From positions 1-35,552 of the IMG/VR virus record IMGVR_UViG_3300030406_000090: a DNA stretch of 35,552 nucleotides, one strand, 5' to 3'. The translations under genes were made by a program, and so were the position numbers. Source of the DNA: a virus. Taxonomy: Duplodnaviria > Caudoviricetes. This document shows, in pieces, positions 8,993-18,929 of the stretch (its first letter is position 1; every line of letters starts with the position of its first letter). The notes beneath the pieces were generated by a model. It saw only the letters and a program-made list of their open reading frames with translations, searched no databases and had not been told where the DNA came from.

Positions 8993-10323
8993 TAGAAATC
9001 AAACGTACCGGGAAGAGGTTTATTTCCTGTCCATACGACCATTTTAATATTACCATTAGCATCTTCATACTGAATAACTGTTCCGGGCTTATATATACCC
9101 TGTTTCATCTTATCATTTACTGTACGTGCATCAGGTTCTATAGCAAACTTTTCTAGTGATTGTGCAACTTGTGCATTACTTGCACCGGGCATTTCACGTT
9201 GCCTTTCCATAAAATCAAATTTCATATTAGCTATATACCCGTTTACCTGCCCCTGTACTCTTCCTTTTTCTGCTATTAAGAGCCTATCTAACAGTGGGTC
9301 AATAAATGCATCTGCACCTTCACCTGTTGTATAGGTTGCTCTAATATCTTCCTGTGCATTAAACAATGCTTCAAAGGTTTGTGCTTCAGTTCCCTCTAAT
9401 GCATTACGAATATTATTCTCAAGGTCTACCTCATAGTATGGTTCAGTAGCCCTGTCGTATACCTTCTTTATCAGGTTCTGTGGCTTTAACGGGTCTTTAA
9501 ATACAGACTCTACTGTATCTCTACCATCTTTTTTTGCTTGCATTCGTTTAATTTTTGTTTCCAGATTAATCAGATTAGCCAATTCTGTTTCCAGCTTAGT
9601 TCTGTCTTCTGGTGTTTCCGCAGCTTCTATTTGCTGTTGAAGTCTAGTATACCCTTCATCAAAGCTAGTAAATCTATCTTCCATTTGCTTGGCAAATGTC
9701 ATTGCCTTATGACCCGCTTCATAATTTATTGTCCCTTTAGGAATAGTAACATCATCAGTTACTCTTGTAGTAAGGTCATCTGAAATAAGACTTTTATATT
9801 CAGGAAAGTCATCTTGCCCACGTAAATTAGAACCAAACAAAGCCTTCATCATACCTGTGCTACCCCTCATATACTCTGGTAAAGTAGGTTTAGCTTCAGG
9901 TTCAATCATATAACCATATCTATTTAAAAGGAACTCTCTATCTACAGTAAGACTTTCTGGGTTTTGAGATTCAGCCACGGTAAAGTATTTGTTAAGGTCA
10001 ATGCCTCTTTCAGATTGCTCTCTAAAATCTTTTAAAGCACTTGTGAGTGCGCTGTATGTGCCACCTTTATTTTCAATGGCAGATAATGCTCTTCTGTCAT
10101 CGCCTAACAACTCTTTAAGTTCGGCATACTCTTCTAACAACTTATCATCAATTTCTTTTTTCTTCTTTTTCTTTGCTAACTCTGCTTTTTGAGTTTGCTC
10201 ATAGCGAGATGCTAGATAAGTATCAGCTTTAGACATCCTATCCATATTGCGCTGGATATCCATCTGCAGCATTCTGTCAACACTACTAGCTAAACCTGTA
10301 ACAAAACCCGTTCCAAAACCCAT
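8992..10323 (-). CDS. Putative internal virion protein, 443 aa
   Basis: Gly/Phe-rich N-terminus (MGFGTGFVTGLASS) followed by coiled coil. TAATG-coupled on both sides. Confidence 0.6.
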   Translation of the reverse strand: MGFGTGFVTGLASSVDRMLQMDIQRNMDRMSKADTYLASRYEQTQKAELAKKKKKKEIDDKLLEEYAELKELLGDDRRALSAIENKGGTYSALTSALKDFREQSERGIDLNKYFTVAESQNPESLTVDREFLLNRYGYMIEPEAKPTLPEYMRGSTGMMKALFGSNLRGQDDFPEYKSLISDDLTTRVTDDVTIPKGTINYEAGHKAMTFAKQMEDRFTSFDEGYTRLQQQIEAAETPEDRTKLETELANLINLETKIKRMQAKKDGRDTVESVFKDPLKPQNLIKKVYDRATEPYYEVDLENNIRNALEGTEAQTFEALFNAQEDIRATYTTGEGADAFIDPLLDRLLIAEKGRVQGQVNGYIANMKFDFMERQREMPGASNAQVAQSLEKFAIEPDARTVNDKMKQGIYKPGTVIQYEDANGNIKMVVWTGNKPLPGTFDF

Positions 10324-10817
10324 TACTGTCTCCGTGACATTAAACCTGTGATAGCCTCTTCAGCTACCTCTTTTACATTTTCTTCTGCTTCTGGTTTATT
10401 TTCTGCTGTACTAAGTTCTAACTTCTGAATTATCTTAGCCATTTTTGCATCAGATATCTTATCTTCTTTGTTGCTCTTAGCTTGAATATCATACTCAACG
10501 CCAGCACTTTCTGCTAGAAATACCATCATCTCAATTAATACAGGTGATACTAATGTACCTACATCTACTGTGTGTAATCCATCCATTACACTAGCAAGCT
10601 GCATTGTGTTTGCTATATCTGCTAATGGAACACCCATTTCAATAATGTCAATAAGCTGGTCAATAAAATCATCACTTGACATAGCTTCCATATAATATTG
10701 AATAGCCTCATCTACAGAAGGAAACTGAGGTGGTGTTTGCCAAGGTCTACCGCCCAACTCATGTGTTAGCGACATGCCGGGAATAGGTGCATCAAAGGAG
10801 GGTTCCATATTAAGCAT
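10323..10817 (-). CDS. Hypothetical structural-module protein, 164 aa
   Basis: FDAPIPGMSLT.E.G.RPWQ.PP N-terminus, ends GLMSRRQ, coupled to neighbours. Confidence 0.7.
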   Translation of the reverse strand: MLNMEPSFDAPIPGMSLTHELGGRPWQTPPQFPSVDEAIQYYMEAMSSDDFIDQLIDIIEMGVPLADIANTMQLASVMDGLHTVDVGTLVSPVLIEMMVFLAESAGVEYDIQAKSNKEDKISDAKMAKIIQKLELSTAENKPEAEENVKEVAEEAITGLMSRRQ

Positions 10818-11034
10818 TTTTATCAGCCTTATATTTACGTATAGCCATCATATGTTCCATTACACGAGTGATAGGCTGGTTAATATCTTCATCCATACCT
10901 AATTTAACTTTATCTTCTCTTGGACTAAGCAATCCACCAGATTTAGTCTCACTCTTTTGTGACCTAGACTTGTTAGCAATCTGTGCATTAAGCCTATTAT
11001 ATGTTGGTATAGCAGGATTATACTGTCTGGACAT
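10810..11034 (-). CDS. Small basic hypothetical protein, 74 aa
   Basis: Overlaps both neighbours and fills the operon gap. Contains GGLLSPR. Confidence 0.65.
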   Translation of the reverse strand: MSRQYNPAIPTYNRLNAQIANKSRSQKSETKSGGLLSPREDKVKLGMDEDINQPITRVMEHMMAIRKYKADKNA

Positions 11035-13132
11035 TGTGTTTCTTTCTTTTACCTTCTATAATAAAATCCATAAACTGTTTGGTAATCCACTTGAGAGGCG
11101 GTACATATCTTATTACGCAAGCGTATTGTTTACCATAACGCATGTACAGCTTTTCAAACCATTTAGGTGCATCAAACTTTAACCACGTTCTAAACACAAA
11201 CCATTGTGCATTGTCTTTTCCATACACTTCACGTGCTACCCAACAGAAACCACTCATAATAAATGCACTACCTAATGTACCAATCAAACTACCTATGGCA
11301 TTACCTGCTGCAGTTTTTCCTTGCTCACCTGCAATTGTGCTACGTGTCTTTGCATCTAATTCTGCAATTGCCAAAGCATTAATTCTATCTAAGCTGGCTT
11401 CAGCAGATGTCCATGCCCATTCCATAGTATCAGCATAATAATTCCACAGATTATCGTAAGCAGTTTTACTGATATCTAATACAGCCGCAGCGTTTAATTC
11501 ATTAGCACGATTAACTGCAGCAGTATCAGCAGTGGCAATTTCTCTGCGCCACTGTGCATTGCTCTGTGCAATTACAAGTTGGTTCTGTGCATTAAACTGG
11601 TCACGTTGATTATTTAATTCTGCATTAAAACGCTCTACAGTATTAACCTGACCCGCATTAAACTGTGCCTGTGCATTAGCCTGTGCAGCATTAAACTGTG
11701 AAGTTTGAGATGCGAGGCCAGCAAAGAACTGGTCAACTTGATTTTGTGAAGATGCATTAAATTGACGTGCGGCATTTTCTGCAGATTGGTCATTGAACAG
11801 TGCTTGTATTCTCTGCTGCGCCTTAAACAAATCTGTCTGCTGTCTATTAGACAAGTTTGCTAAGTCTCTCTGCATAAAGTTCTGTGCATTTTGAACAGCA
11901 GCTTGCTGTCTATTATTTAAATTAGCTACATCTAACTGCGACAAAGCAGCAGCTTCTGCCATTACAAGAGCCTGTTGGTTAGACAGGTTTTGCAAATTCA
12001 TTGTATTAGCAATGCGTGAGTTTTCCAAAGCTATCTGTTGTTCAGCAGTAAAGTTCTGATTAGCTACATCACTAACTTTAGCTGCGTTCATAACCTTTGC
12101 TTGAAACGCTTGGTCAAATTCCTGACCTAAAAACTTAGCACGTTGCTCTGCAGCAAGCATTGCTGACTGTTGACGATTAGATAGATTTTGTGCTTCAAAT
12201 CTAGCAACTGTAGTTGCATCAGCCTGTGCAATAGGCAGTGCGCTTTCCATAGCTGCCTGTACAATAGCCTGACCTGCAAGAGAAGATGAACCCAAGCCAC
12301 GTGCAGCCATAGCTGACATAGCATTACGCATAGCACCTGCAGCCCAAGGAGGTGTAGCACCATCATCAAAGTCTTGCATTAGGTCTTCTAGCTGACCTTG
12401 CACCATAGCTTTCTTGCTAGGGTCTGCTTGTGCAGCAGCAGCTTCTGTCTGTGCAGTAACCTTCGCAGCTTTAGCAGCATCTACACCTGTGCCACTAATT
12501 AGTTCACCATCTTGTATTTCACGCTGCACTGGATTATCCATTAGGATACCAGAACCCTGTGCTGCTTCTAAGTTACCTACAGAAGATACTGTTTGTTGAG
12601 ATGCAACTACCTGAGAGCGAGGGTCATCAGGAGTTGTTTGTGCAGCTTGCACACTATCTACTGCTGCATTTACATCATCAGCAGATTTTTGTGCAGATAT
12701 TGTTTGAGGGTCAAACTGTTCAGGTGATACAGCTTCTTGTCTACCTGCTAATGCTGTACCTACACCAACAGTGCCTGTAAGTTTACCTGTGTCTGCACTA
12801 AGCTGTTGCTCTTCTGTAAGAGGTGTAGCAGCAGCTTCAGTTTTACCCCCTGTAGGAAGAGCAGGGTTAGTAGCTTGACCTACGGTAAAATCAGCTATGG
12901 TTGTACCCTCGTCTTTAGGTCTTCCGTTAACGGGTGTAGTTCCACCTGTCTGCATCCTAACTACACCACCACGTGCCATCTGCATAGCTTGTTGTTGATA
13001 CTGCTGCATCTGCTGCTGTCGCATAGGGTCTTGAGCAACAAACTGGTTAAACCCGTCCATGCTCCCTTGATAGCCCATAGAACGTGCTATCTTTTCCATG
13101 CCACTTGGCTTGAATGCTTTAAACTGCATCAT
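11018..13132 (-). CDS. Q/N/A-rich internal virion (DNA pilot/ejection-like) protein with C-terminal CWVAREVYG domain, 704 aa
   Basis: Repeats NLSNRQQ/NLNNRQQ and QFNA, a Gly-rich hydrophobic segment near the C-terminus, then a 75-aa aromatic/basic domain. Confidence 0.65.
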   Translation of the reverse strand: MMQFKAFKPSGMEKIARSMGYQGSMDGFNQFVAQDPMRQQQMQQYQQQAMQMARGGVVRMQTGGTTPVNGRPKDEGTTIADFTVGQATNPALPTGGKTEAAATPLTEEQQLSADTGKLTGTVGVGTALAGRQEAVSPEQFDPQTISAQKSADDVNAAVDSVQAAQTTPDDPRSQVVASQQTVSSVGNLEAAQGSGILMDNPVQREIQDGELISGTGVDAAKAAKVTAQTEAAAAQADPSKKAMVQGQLEDLMQDFDDGATPPWAAGAMRNAMSAMAARGLGSSSLAGQAIVQAAMESALPIAQADATTVARFEAQNLSNRQQSAMLAAEQRAKFLGQEFDQAFQAKVMNAAKVSDVANQNFTAEQQIALENSRIANTMNLQNLSNQQALVMAEAAALSQLDVANLNNRQQAAVQNAQNFMQRDLANLSNRQQTDLFKAQQRIQALFNDQSAENAARQFNASSQNQVDQFFAGLASQTSQFNAAQANAQAQFNAGQVNTVERFNAELNNQRDQFNAQNQLVIAQSNAQWRREIATADTAAVNRANELNAAAVLDISKTAYDNLWNYYADTMEWAWTSAEASLDRINALAIAELDAKTRSTIAGEQGKTAAGNAIGSLIGTLGSAFIMSGFCWVAREVYGKDNAQWFVFRTWLKFDAPKWFEKLYMRYGKQYACVIRYVPPLKWITKQFMDFIIEGKRKKHNVQTV

Positions 13133-13145
13133 AGTTTATTTCCTT

Positions 13146-13721
13146 TTATAACTCATCAGGCCAATCATTTATTGGTGCGTTACCTGTAGGTTTACCATCA
13201 CTATCAACAGGCGTATCAAACAAAGCCATAAATGCTGCATGGTCAGCCGCATTTGTTATGGCTGTTTCTATCTGTCCAGATTTGGTGCGAACTGCCGCCC
13301 TAAATGTTGTAACGTCTGACGGTATTGTTGTGGTGCTGTCCTCTGTTTTTCTTGTGACATACCAATCTGTTGCAGATAATTTATCATTTGCAGTCTGCTT
13401 TGTTTGCTCAATATAAATTGTTTTCAATCCCTTTGTGACTAATTGTTTACCTGTCATGGGGTCAATAATTGCTTTGTCATCATCATCAACTGCCTTAACA
13501 TCAGTAAGTGACTTTGGTATAAGAGTTCCGTCAGCTTGTCTACCCCAATAAAAACGATTATCATAATATGCTTCAGATGCAGGTGGGTCTTCCCATGTTA
13601 GCCCTGCTGCTTTTTTGTCAGTATCAGACCAAATGTTCCAGTTATAAGGATGCTTTGTGCCAGCATCATCTGTCCAACCACGTCCTTCTTTAATTATTTT
13701 ATTGCCATATTTCCACGGCAT
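13146..13721 (-). CDS. Tail-fibre assembly chaperone-like protein, long form, 191 aa
   Basis: L..TDW...R..VR...WP motif shared with the three small paralogs. Follows the 946-aa adhesin. AGGAG SD. Confidence 0.65.
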   Translation of the reverse strand: MPWKYGNKIIKEGRGWTDDAGTKHPYNWNIWSDTDKKAAGLTWEDPPASEAYYDNRFYWGRQADGTLIPKSLTDVKAVDDDDKAIIDPMTGKQLVTKGLKTIYIEQTKQTANDKLSATDWYVTRKTEDSTTTIPSDVTTFRAAVRTKSGQIETAITNAADHAAFMALFDTPVDSDGKPTGNAPINDWPDEL

Positions 13722-13730
13722 GGTTATCTC

Positions 13731-16571
13731 CTATCGAGCATTAGCATATTTAAAGGGTTGTTCTGCAAAAGCAAGGTAAGCGTAAGCACCGCCTGATGCG
13801 TTCCAAGGAACTGCGTTATTTCTAATTTTAAATCCATTACTTAAAAAATCAACATTATAAACAGCATTTGGTCCAAACTCGTTATAAGTTTCATTTGGAG
13901 TTATTGTTAAATCAACAGGATTATCTGTATTAGATTTGTTATTTTGTAACACCCAATCGTTAAGTGCGTTCGTTCTTTTTAACAAAAGATATGCAACACG
14001 AAATCCTGTGTAAACAAATGTGCCGTCAGGTTGTCCATTGCCTATGTATGAACCGATTTTACTGTAGCCATCAACACTGTGAAAACAGTATGCTATCATT
14101 GTTCCTGAACTGCTTGGGCTTCCTGCTGAACTAACAGAGAACACTGAATTGGTTGGTGCAGTTGCATTCCACGGGTCTGATGAAGAAGTAACTGCTGCCG
14201 CATTGCCATTTAATGTTATATAAGCTGACGCTCCTAAAGCAGAGTGATAAATATACCAGTCTGTAGAATTAGCATCTCTTTGCTTTGCAAGAATCCATTC
14301 TGGGGCTTGCGATAAACCATGCCCCACTGTAGCTGCAGAACCTGTGCCTGTGTAGCTAATTATACTAAATCCTGACTTAGTATTTTCAGAAACGTTTGAT
14401 TGTATTGACCCACTAAAATTACTAGAACCAAAGGTGCTATTAGTGTTTATCTGACCACCCATACCACTGTGATAATGACAAAAATAATATAAAGTAGGTG
14501 CAGACGCTGCTACAGTAATTATTAGTTTGCGACTTGTAGCAGAACTAAATCCTGATACAAAAGCAGATTCCGTTACGTCAGAACCATCTAACTGATAAGT
14601 TACACCCGTGTTATATGTTGAACCACCACTATGACTTCCATTTGCTGTTTCAGATAGTTTCATGGGGTGTGAACTCATTGAACTATCTGATTGGTCAAAC
14701 GTATAGGTTCCACCTTCTTGTAAATCTAAAGTTACTGCGCTTGTACCAAAATCATCAAATCTATATTTATTTCCACTATCTGAAACTACTTTTACTGTAT
14801 AGGTTTTACTTGGAGTAGAACTGCCAGCTAGCCAGTTGTATGCAATATAAGTTTGTGAAGTTGTGTTCATTGAATAATCATTACTAGAAACTGGAACGTC
14901 AATAGTATTATTCGTATTAAAATTAAATGCGCTAAAAGCATACTCATCTACTTGTTGATTGGAGTTCATAAAGAAATCACCAATAACCCGATTGCCTAAA
15001 CTGTGATGACCAGTGTTACTGCTTCTACTTTTTATCCAAACAAAACCCGGATTAAATTGTAATATATGAGGAGAAGTAGAGCCAATAGTTTGGTTAGAAT
15101 TGCCATCTCCAGTGTATAACAACGTATTAAAAAAATCTTCTGACTCTTCATCTTCATTAGGGTCAATACCGGGGTCAGAAAGGTTGGCTGCACAAAGGGC
15201 TAAGAAGCCAGACGGTGGGCTGTAAAAAAAGTTTCCCACACCATTCGCATCTGATGCGTTTGCTGACCCACTTGTTTTATTATTAGCAAAAGAACTATCT
15301 TGACCAAAATTAACTACATTTATATTAGATGTTTGGTAACCTGAGTTGGCTGGCATCCAATCGTGCGTGTTAATGCTAGACACTGTATAAATTAAACTAT
15401 TATTTTTATAGAACTTTAGTTCACCTGCATCAGCATCAAACGAACATCCAATTATATCACCCGTTGTATAACTTGTTTGAGATGTTGCTAATGTTGCACC
15501 AGAGGCTGTGCCATCACCAGATGCTCCATATATAATTGTTGATTGATAACCAAAACCAAACACATTTCCATTAGCGTCATACCCAACGTAGGCTGATGTA
15601 TTTGCATTAGTGCCTCTGGTTATTCCTACGTTTGAAATATTTTGTGCTTGTATTAATGTTTCCCAATACCACTTTCCAGAGCGCATAGCAAAAGTACCAT
15701 TTGCTAAAGCATAGCCACTGTCTGCTGTAAACTTTAGGTTGCCCTCTGCAAAAGTTTGAGTAGTGCCACTGTTTGTAAAAAGTGGATTAAGTGTACACCA
15801 ATTATTCGTAGGGCTGTCTGGTACTTGGTCAGTTGTTTTCCAACCGCTGGTAGCGGTTAAGTCATGCCCTTCTCCACTAGTGTCATCACCAAGCGCAGAA
15901 CTATCTTGAAACTTTAATCTAAAACCATTGTTTCCAAATGTTAGGCCAGAGGTATCTTTGGGTATCCAAATGCCAGCTTTAGTTTCAGCAAACTCTGTTG
16001 GGGCTAGAACGCTACCATCAATAAAATGAACCTCTGCCATATAGCCATCAAATGGATTCGATGTGCTATTATTTGATGCGCCAACTTGAATAATCGTTCC
16101 ACTTTGGTTTGCATATCCCGGTCTATTTGACGGCAATGTTCCTGTAACCGTTTCTTCATCACCGTTGATATACATTCTAATTCTGCTTGCGGCTGTTCCA
16201 TTAGCAGAGTCAAAATTTAAAACAACATGATACCATGCTGATGGGTCACGCAAAACACTGTTTCCATACAAAGCATAAAATGTGCTTACACCATCTGAGT
16301 CATAAAAACCTAGTTTGTGGTCACTTCGCAAGTAAAACGGAAACTGTCCTGTAGAATTATCATAACCACCAACAATCATTCTTGATGCGGCTGATATATT
16401 CCCCAACTTAATCCAAGCAGATATAGTATATTTTTTCTCTAAAGTTGGAGAGACTTGTGTCTTGTGCAGATAATTAGCATCCCCATCCTCAAACCGCAAT
16501 GATTGGTCTATGGTATGTGGATAAAATATTTTAGGTTTAAACCACTGTGAAGAGCCTAATGGACCTGACAT
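13731..16571 (-). CDS. Receptor-binding/adhesin protein with LamG (concanavalin A-like) and SPRY-like domains and a cupredoxin-like insert, 946 aa
   Basis: SLRF...TISAWIK...RDPSAWYHVV...YING...FDGYMAEVHFIDG (LamG-like); SGKWYWE...GDIIGCSFDADAG.L.FYKN...NFGQ (SPRY-like); YTGTG...GHGL repeats. Confidence 0.8.
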   Translation of the reverse strand: MSGPLGSSQWFKPKIFYPHTIDQSLRFEDGDANYLHKTQVSPTLEKKYTISAWIKLGNISAASRMIVGGYDNSTGQFPFYLRSDHKLGFYDSDGVSTFYALYGNSVLRDPSAWYHVVLNFDSANGTAASRIRMYINGDEETVTGTLPSNRPGYANQSGTIIQVGASNNSTSNPFDGYMAEVHFIDGSVLAPTEFAETKAGIWIPKDTSGLTFGNNGFRLKFQDSSALGDDTSGEGHDLTATSGWKTTDQVPDSPTNNWCTLNPLFTNSGTTQTFAEGNLKFTADSGYALANGTFAMRSGKWYWETLIQAQNISNVGITRGTNANTSAYVGYDANGNVFGFGYQSTIIYGASGDGTASGATLATSQTSYTTGDIIGCSFDADAGELKFYKNNSLIYTVSSINTHDWMPANSGYQTSNINVVNFGQDSSFANNKTSGSANASDANGVGNFFYSPPSGFLALCAANLSDPGIDPNEDEESEDFFNTLLYTGDGNSNQTIGSTSPHILQFNPGFVWIKSRSSNTGHHSLGNRVIGDFFMNSNQQVDEYAFSAFNFNTNNTIDVPVSSNDYSMNTTSQTYIAYNWLAGSSTPSKTYTVKVVSDSGNKYRFDDFGTSAVTLDLQEGGTYTFDQSDSSMSSHPMKLSETANGSHSGGSTYNTGVTYQLDGSDVTESAFVSGFSSATSRKLIITVAASAPTLYYFCHYHSGMGGQINTNSTFGSSNFSGSIQSNVSENTKSGFSIISYTGTGSAATVGHGLSQAPEWILAKQRDANSTDWYIYHSALGASAYITLNGNAAAVTSSSDPWNATAPTNSVFSVSSAGSPSSSGTMIAYCFHSVDGYSKIGSYIGNGQPDGTFVYTGFRVAYLLLKRTNALNDWVLQNNKSNTDNPVDLTITPNETYNEFGPNAVYNVDFLSNGFKIRNNAVPWNASGGAYAYLAFAEQPFKYANAR

Positions 16572-16580
16572 TTATTTTTC

Positions 16581-17255
16581 CTATGAGAAAGCAAGCTGTG
16601 GTTGGCCCAACAATATAGAGTTATCTGCTTTTATAATATAAGGAACTAAATCAACTGCACTATTTGCAGAAGAAAGAGTTATAGAACCACCGCCACCCGG
16701 TACTTCATAATCACTAGCAACAGAAAGAGTTCCTGCTGAACTAGAACTTGGTTGAGTAAACAGTATAAAACCAGATTGACCTATGTTACCTGCTTCTGTG
16801 GTTGGATTAGCTAAAGTATTTGACCCCGAAGACAATGTTACAAAAAAGTTTTGAAAGGTATCAAAGTCTAAAGTAAGACCACTAGAGGTATTAGTATTAC
16901 CCTGTAAACCTGTGTTATATGTAACTGCCCCGTTGTATACAATAGTTCCTGTATATGTACCACCTGTAGCTGGCACAGTATCAGCTACACTAAATATATC
17001 GTACACTACAACTTCAACTACATCACTTGCAGATAGAGCAGATAAACCAGCGATTGTGTTAGCAGTGTTTGTGTTGTAGTCTGTACCAGCAACAAGTGTA
17101 ACACCATTAAGCGTAACATCTACGTATAAGCCATCTGTAAATGCAAGTGTTAAACCATTATCATCTACTCCAGACAAAGTTGTTTCGCTACCAGATGCAG
17201 TATAATAATAGCGTTGTCTAACACCAAACTGTGGGGATTTACCTATATACGGCAT
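16581..17255 (-). CDS. Tail fibre adaptor-like protein with MPYIG N-terminus, 224 aa
   Basis: MPYIG start, beta-rich VDVTLNGVTL...DY domain, and a C-terminal TLDF...NF..TL...TLANPT domain. Confidence 0.65.
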   Translation of the reverse strand: MPYIGKSPQFGVRQRYYYTASGSETTLSGVDDNGLTLAFTDGLYVDVTLNGVTLVAGTDYNTNTANTIAGLSALSASDVVEVVVYDIFSVADTVPATGGTYTGTIVYNGAVTYNTGLQGNTNTSSGLTLDFDTFQNFFVTLSSGSNTLANPTTEAGNIGQSGFILFTQPSSSSAGTLSVASDYEVPGGGGSITLSSANSAVDLVPYIIKADNSILLGQPQLAFS

Positions 17256-17459
17256 TTATGACCACTCCTCTTTAGGCGCAGTGGGCCATGTTTCTGATTG
17301 TGTATCAGATACGCTAGCATTATCTCTTCGCCTTATAGCACGCAAAGAGGCTCTATAAGCTGCAAACGCAGAAACACAATCAGCAGTTAAACCTGAATTT
17401 GGTGATTGTGTCCAATCAGTTGAAGCAAGAAGATTTTGAGATACAATTTGACTATTCAT
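17256..17459 (-). CDS. Tail fibre assembly chaperone paralog, 67 aa
   Basis: LASTDWTQSPNSGLT...YRASLR.I...WPTAPKEEWS. Confidence 0.78.
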   Translation of the reverse strand: MNSQIVSQNLLASTDWTQSPNSGLTADCVSAFAAYRASLRAIRRRDNASVSDTQSETWPTAPKEEWS

Positions 17460-17461
17460 AA

Positions 17462-18121
17462 CTAAACACCTTTAACGCCAAAGATAGATATAGTTCCAAA
17501 AGCAGCAGCTTGTGTTGCTGAAAATGAAACATCTGTCCCAAGGCTATCCCCTTGGATTATGCCAAAAAGAATATCTGTTGATGTTCCTGATAAATCACCG
17601 AATTCATCCACAGAAAGAAAATCTTCTTGCCAAATGCCATCAACATCAGTTGACAAGTATTGGTTCATCACTAAGTTTCCTGTTATTTGATTAGCTAAAG
17701 TTGTAGATTGAGTATTGTGAATCCTCGCAGTCCCTGTAAAGGTTCCACTCCCTGTTGCAGCTATAGTTCCACCAAATTGATGCACCCCATCAGTACTTGT
17801 GTGATATGATTTGCCATCAGTGGTTGCACCCGCTTGATTGAAACTTGACATTCCCACAACATTATTTGTCAAACGAGTATTAGCATTTGAAAAACTTGCA
17901 AAAATATGTCTAGCCGCACTATCTCCATTTCTTATAATATCAAACTCAACTTGGTAAATATCGTAAGAAGAGGAAAAACAATTTGTGAAATCAAAAGCTG
18001 TAGTGGATGCACTACCTTGTGCCACAGTTTTCTTTTCTATTAAAACCAGCCCACCGCTTGGAGTTGCGTTAGCTACAGTTTGACCTCCAGCTACATCTGC
18101 TAAATCTCTTGCTCTGCTCAT
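17462..18121 (-). CDS. Short tail fibre/adhesin tip protein with MSRARDLAD N-terminus, 219 aa
   Basis: GGLVLI...F.NCFSSSYD.Y...GTISIFGVK beta-sandwich pattern. Followed by a chaperone. Confidence 0.62.
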   Translation of the reverse strand: MSRARDLADVAGGQTVANATPSGGLVLIEKKTVAQGSASTTAFDFTNCFSSSYDIYQVEFDIIRNGDSAARHIFASFSNANTRLTNNVVGMSSFNQAGATTDGKSYHTSTDGVHQFGGTIAATGSGTFTGTARIHNTQSTTLANQITGNLVMNQYLSTDVDGIWQEDFLSVDEFGDLSGTSTDILFGIIQGDSLGTDVSFSATQAAAFGTISIFGVKGV

Positions 18122-18130
18122 ACTGTTCCC

Positions 18131-18385
18131 CTATGGTTTTTCAGGCCAACTCACATCATCAAGTGATGTTGCTGTTTTTGTAATATCACGCAGAGCTTGC
18201 CTATAATCTTTTTGTGCTTGTGTCATAGTGCGGTCAGATAAAGCCCAAACATCTGTAGCCTGTAGTTTTTTATTACGTTCAGTTCGCAAATAATTTAATT
18301 TTTCTTCAGCAGTAAGTGTTGGCTGAGTATACTCTATTCGCTCTACTTCACCTGTAATTGCATTAGTTCTTTTTTCTATAGCCAT
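18131..18385 (-). CDS. Tail fibre assembly chaperone paralog, 84 aa
   Basis: LRTERNKKLQATDVW...YRQALRDIT...WPEKP, the classic tail-assembly chaperone pattern. Confidence 0.85.
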   Translation of the reverse strand: MAIEKRTNAITGEVERIEYTQPTLTAEEKLNYLRTERNKKLQATDVWALSDRTMTQAQKDYRQALRDITKTATSLDDVSWPEKP

Positions 18386-18392
18386 AAATCAC

Positions 18393-18929
18393 CTACTTGT
18401 AATACGTCTTAACTGTACCGCCACTAAATGTTCCAGCACCAACAACCATTCCAATTCTATCTAATGTACCACCTAAAGCGACTCTTCCAGCCCAATGTTC
18501 TACAACGTCATAATCACCATCACTATCTCTCACAATCCCATTATATACCCATGTATTAGAATCTATATTCCAAAAATAAAACTGTCCTGACCAAGTAGAA
18601 CCTGACCCCCAACTTCCCATATCTCCAATTGCAAAAGTCGTATTTTCAACATGACCAACAACATTGTTAGGGTCGTAAATCCAATTTACAGAAGACTTGT
18701 ATCCGCTTGTTACTAAGCCGCTACTTATTCCTAATCGTATGCCCCAAGCAGACGGGCTAGCACTAGAATGAGTGACACTATCCCAAGCCATATATAATTC
18801 AGTGATTGTGCTAGGTATACCAGTAATAGTTTCTGTTGCGGCATCAAGTGTTCCTATAGAGGCAGTTTCAGTCCAACCACTTAATGCGTCAGCACTCATG
18901 CTTGTAGCTTTTATTTGAGATAATGCCAT
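18393..18929 (-). CDS. Short tail fibre/adhesin tip protein with MALSQIK N-terminus, 178 aa
   Basis: ATG at 18929 overlaps the upstream TAA and follows GAGGAG. TITGIPS...IRLG.SSG..TSGY.S...LDRI...GTF.GGTV pattern. Followed by a chaperone. Confidence 0.65.
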   Translation of the reverse strand: MALSQIKATSMSADALSGWTETASIGTLDAATETITGIPSTITELYMAWDSVTHSSASPSAWGIRLGISSGLVTSGYKSSVNWIYDPNNVVGHVENTTFAIGDMGSWGSGSTWSGQFYFWNIDSNTWVYNGIVRDSDGDYDVVEHWAGRVALGGTLDRIGMVVGAGTFSGGTVKTYYK

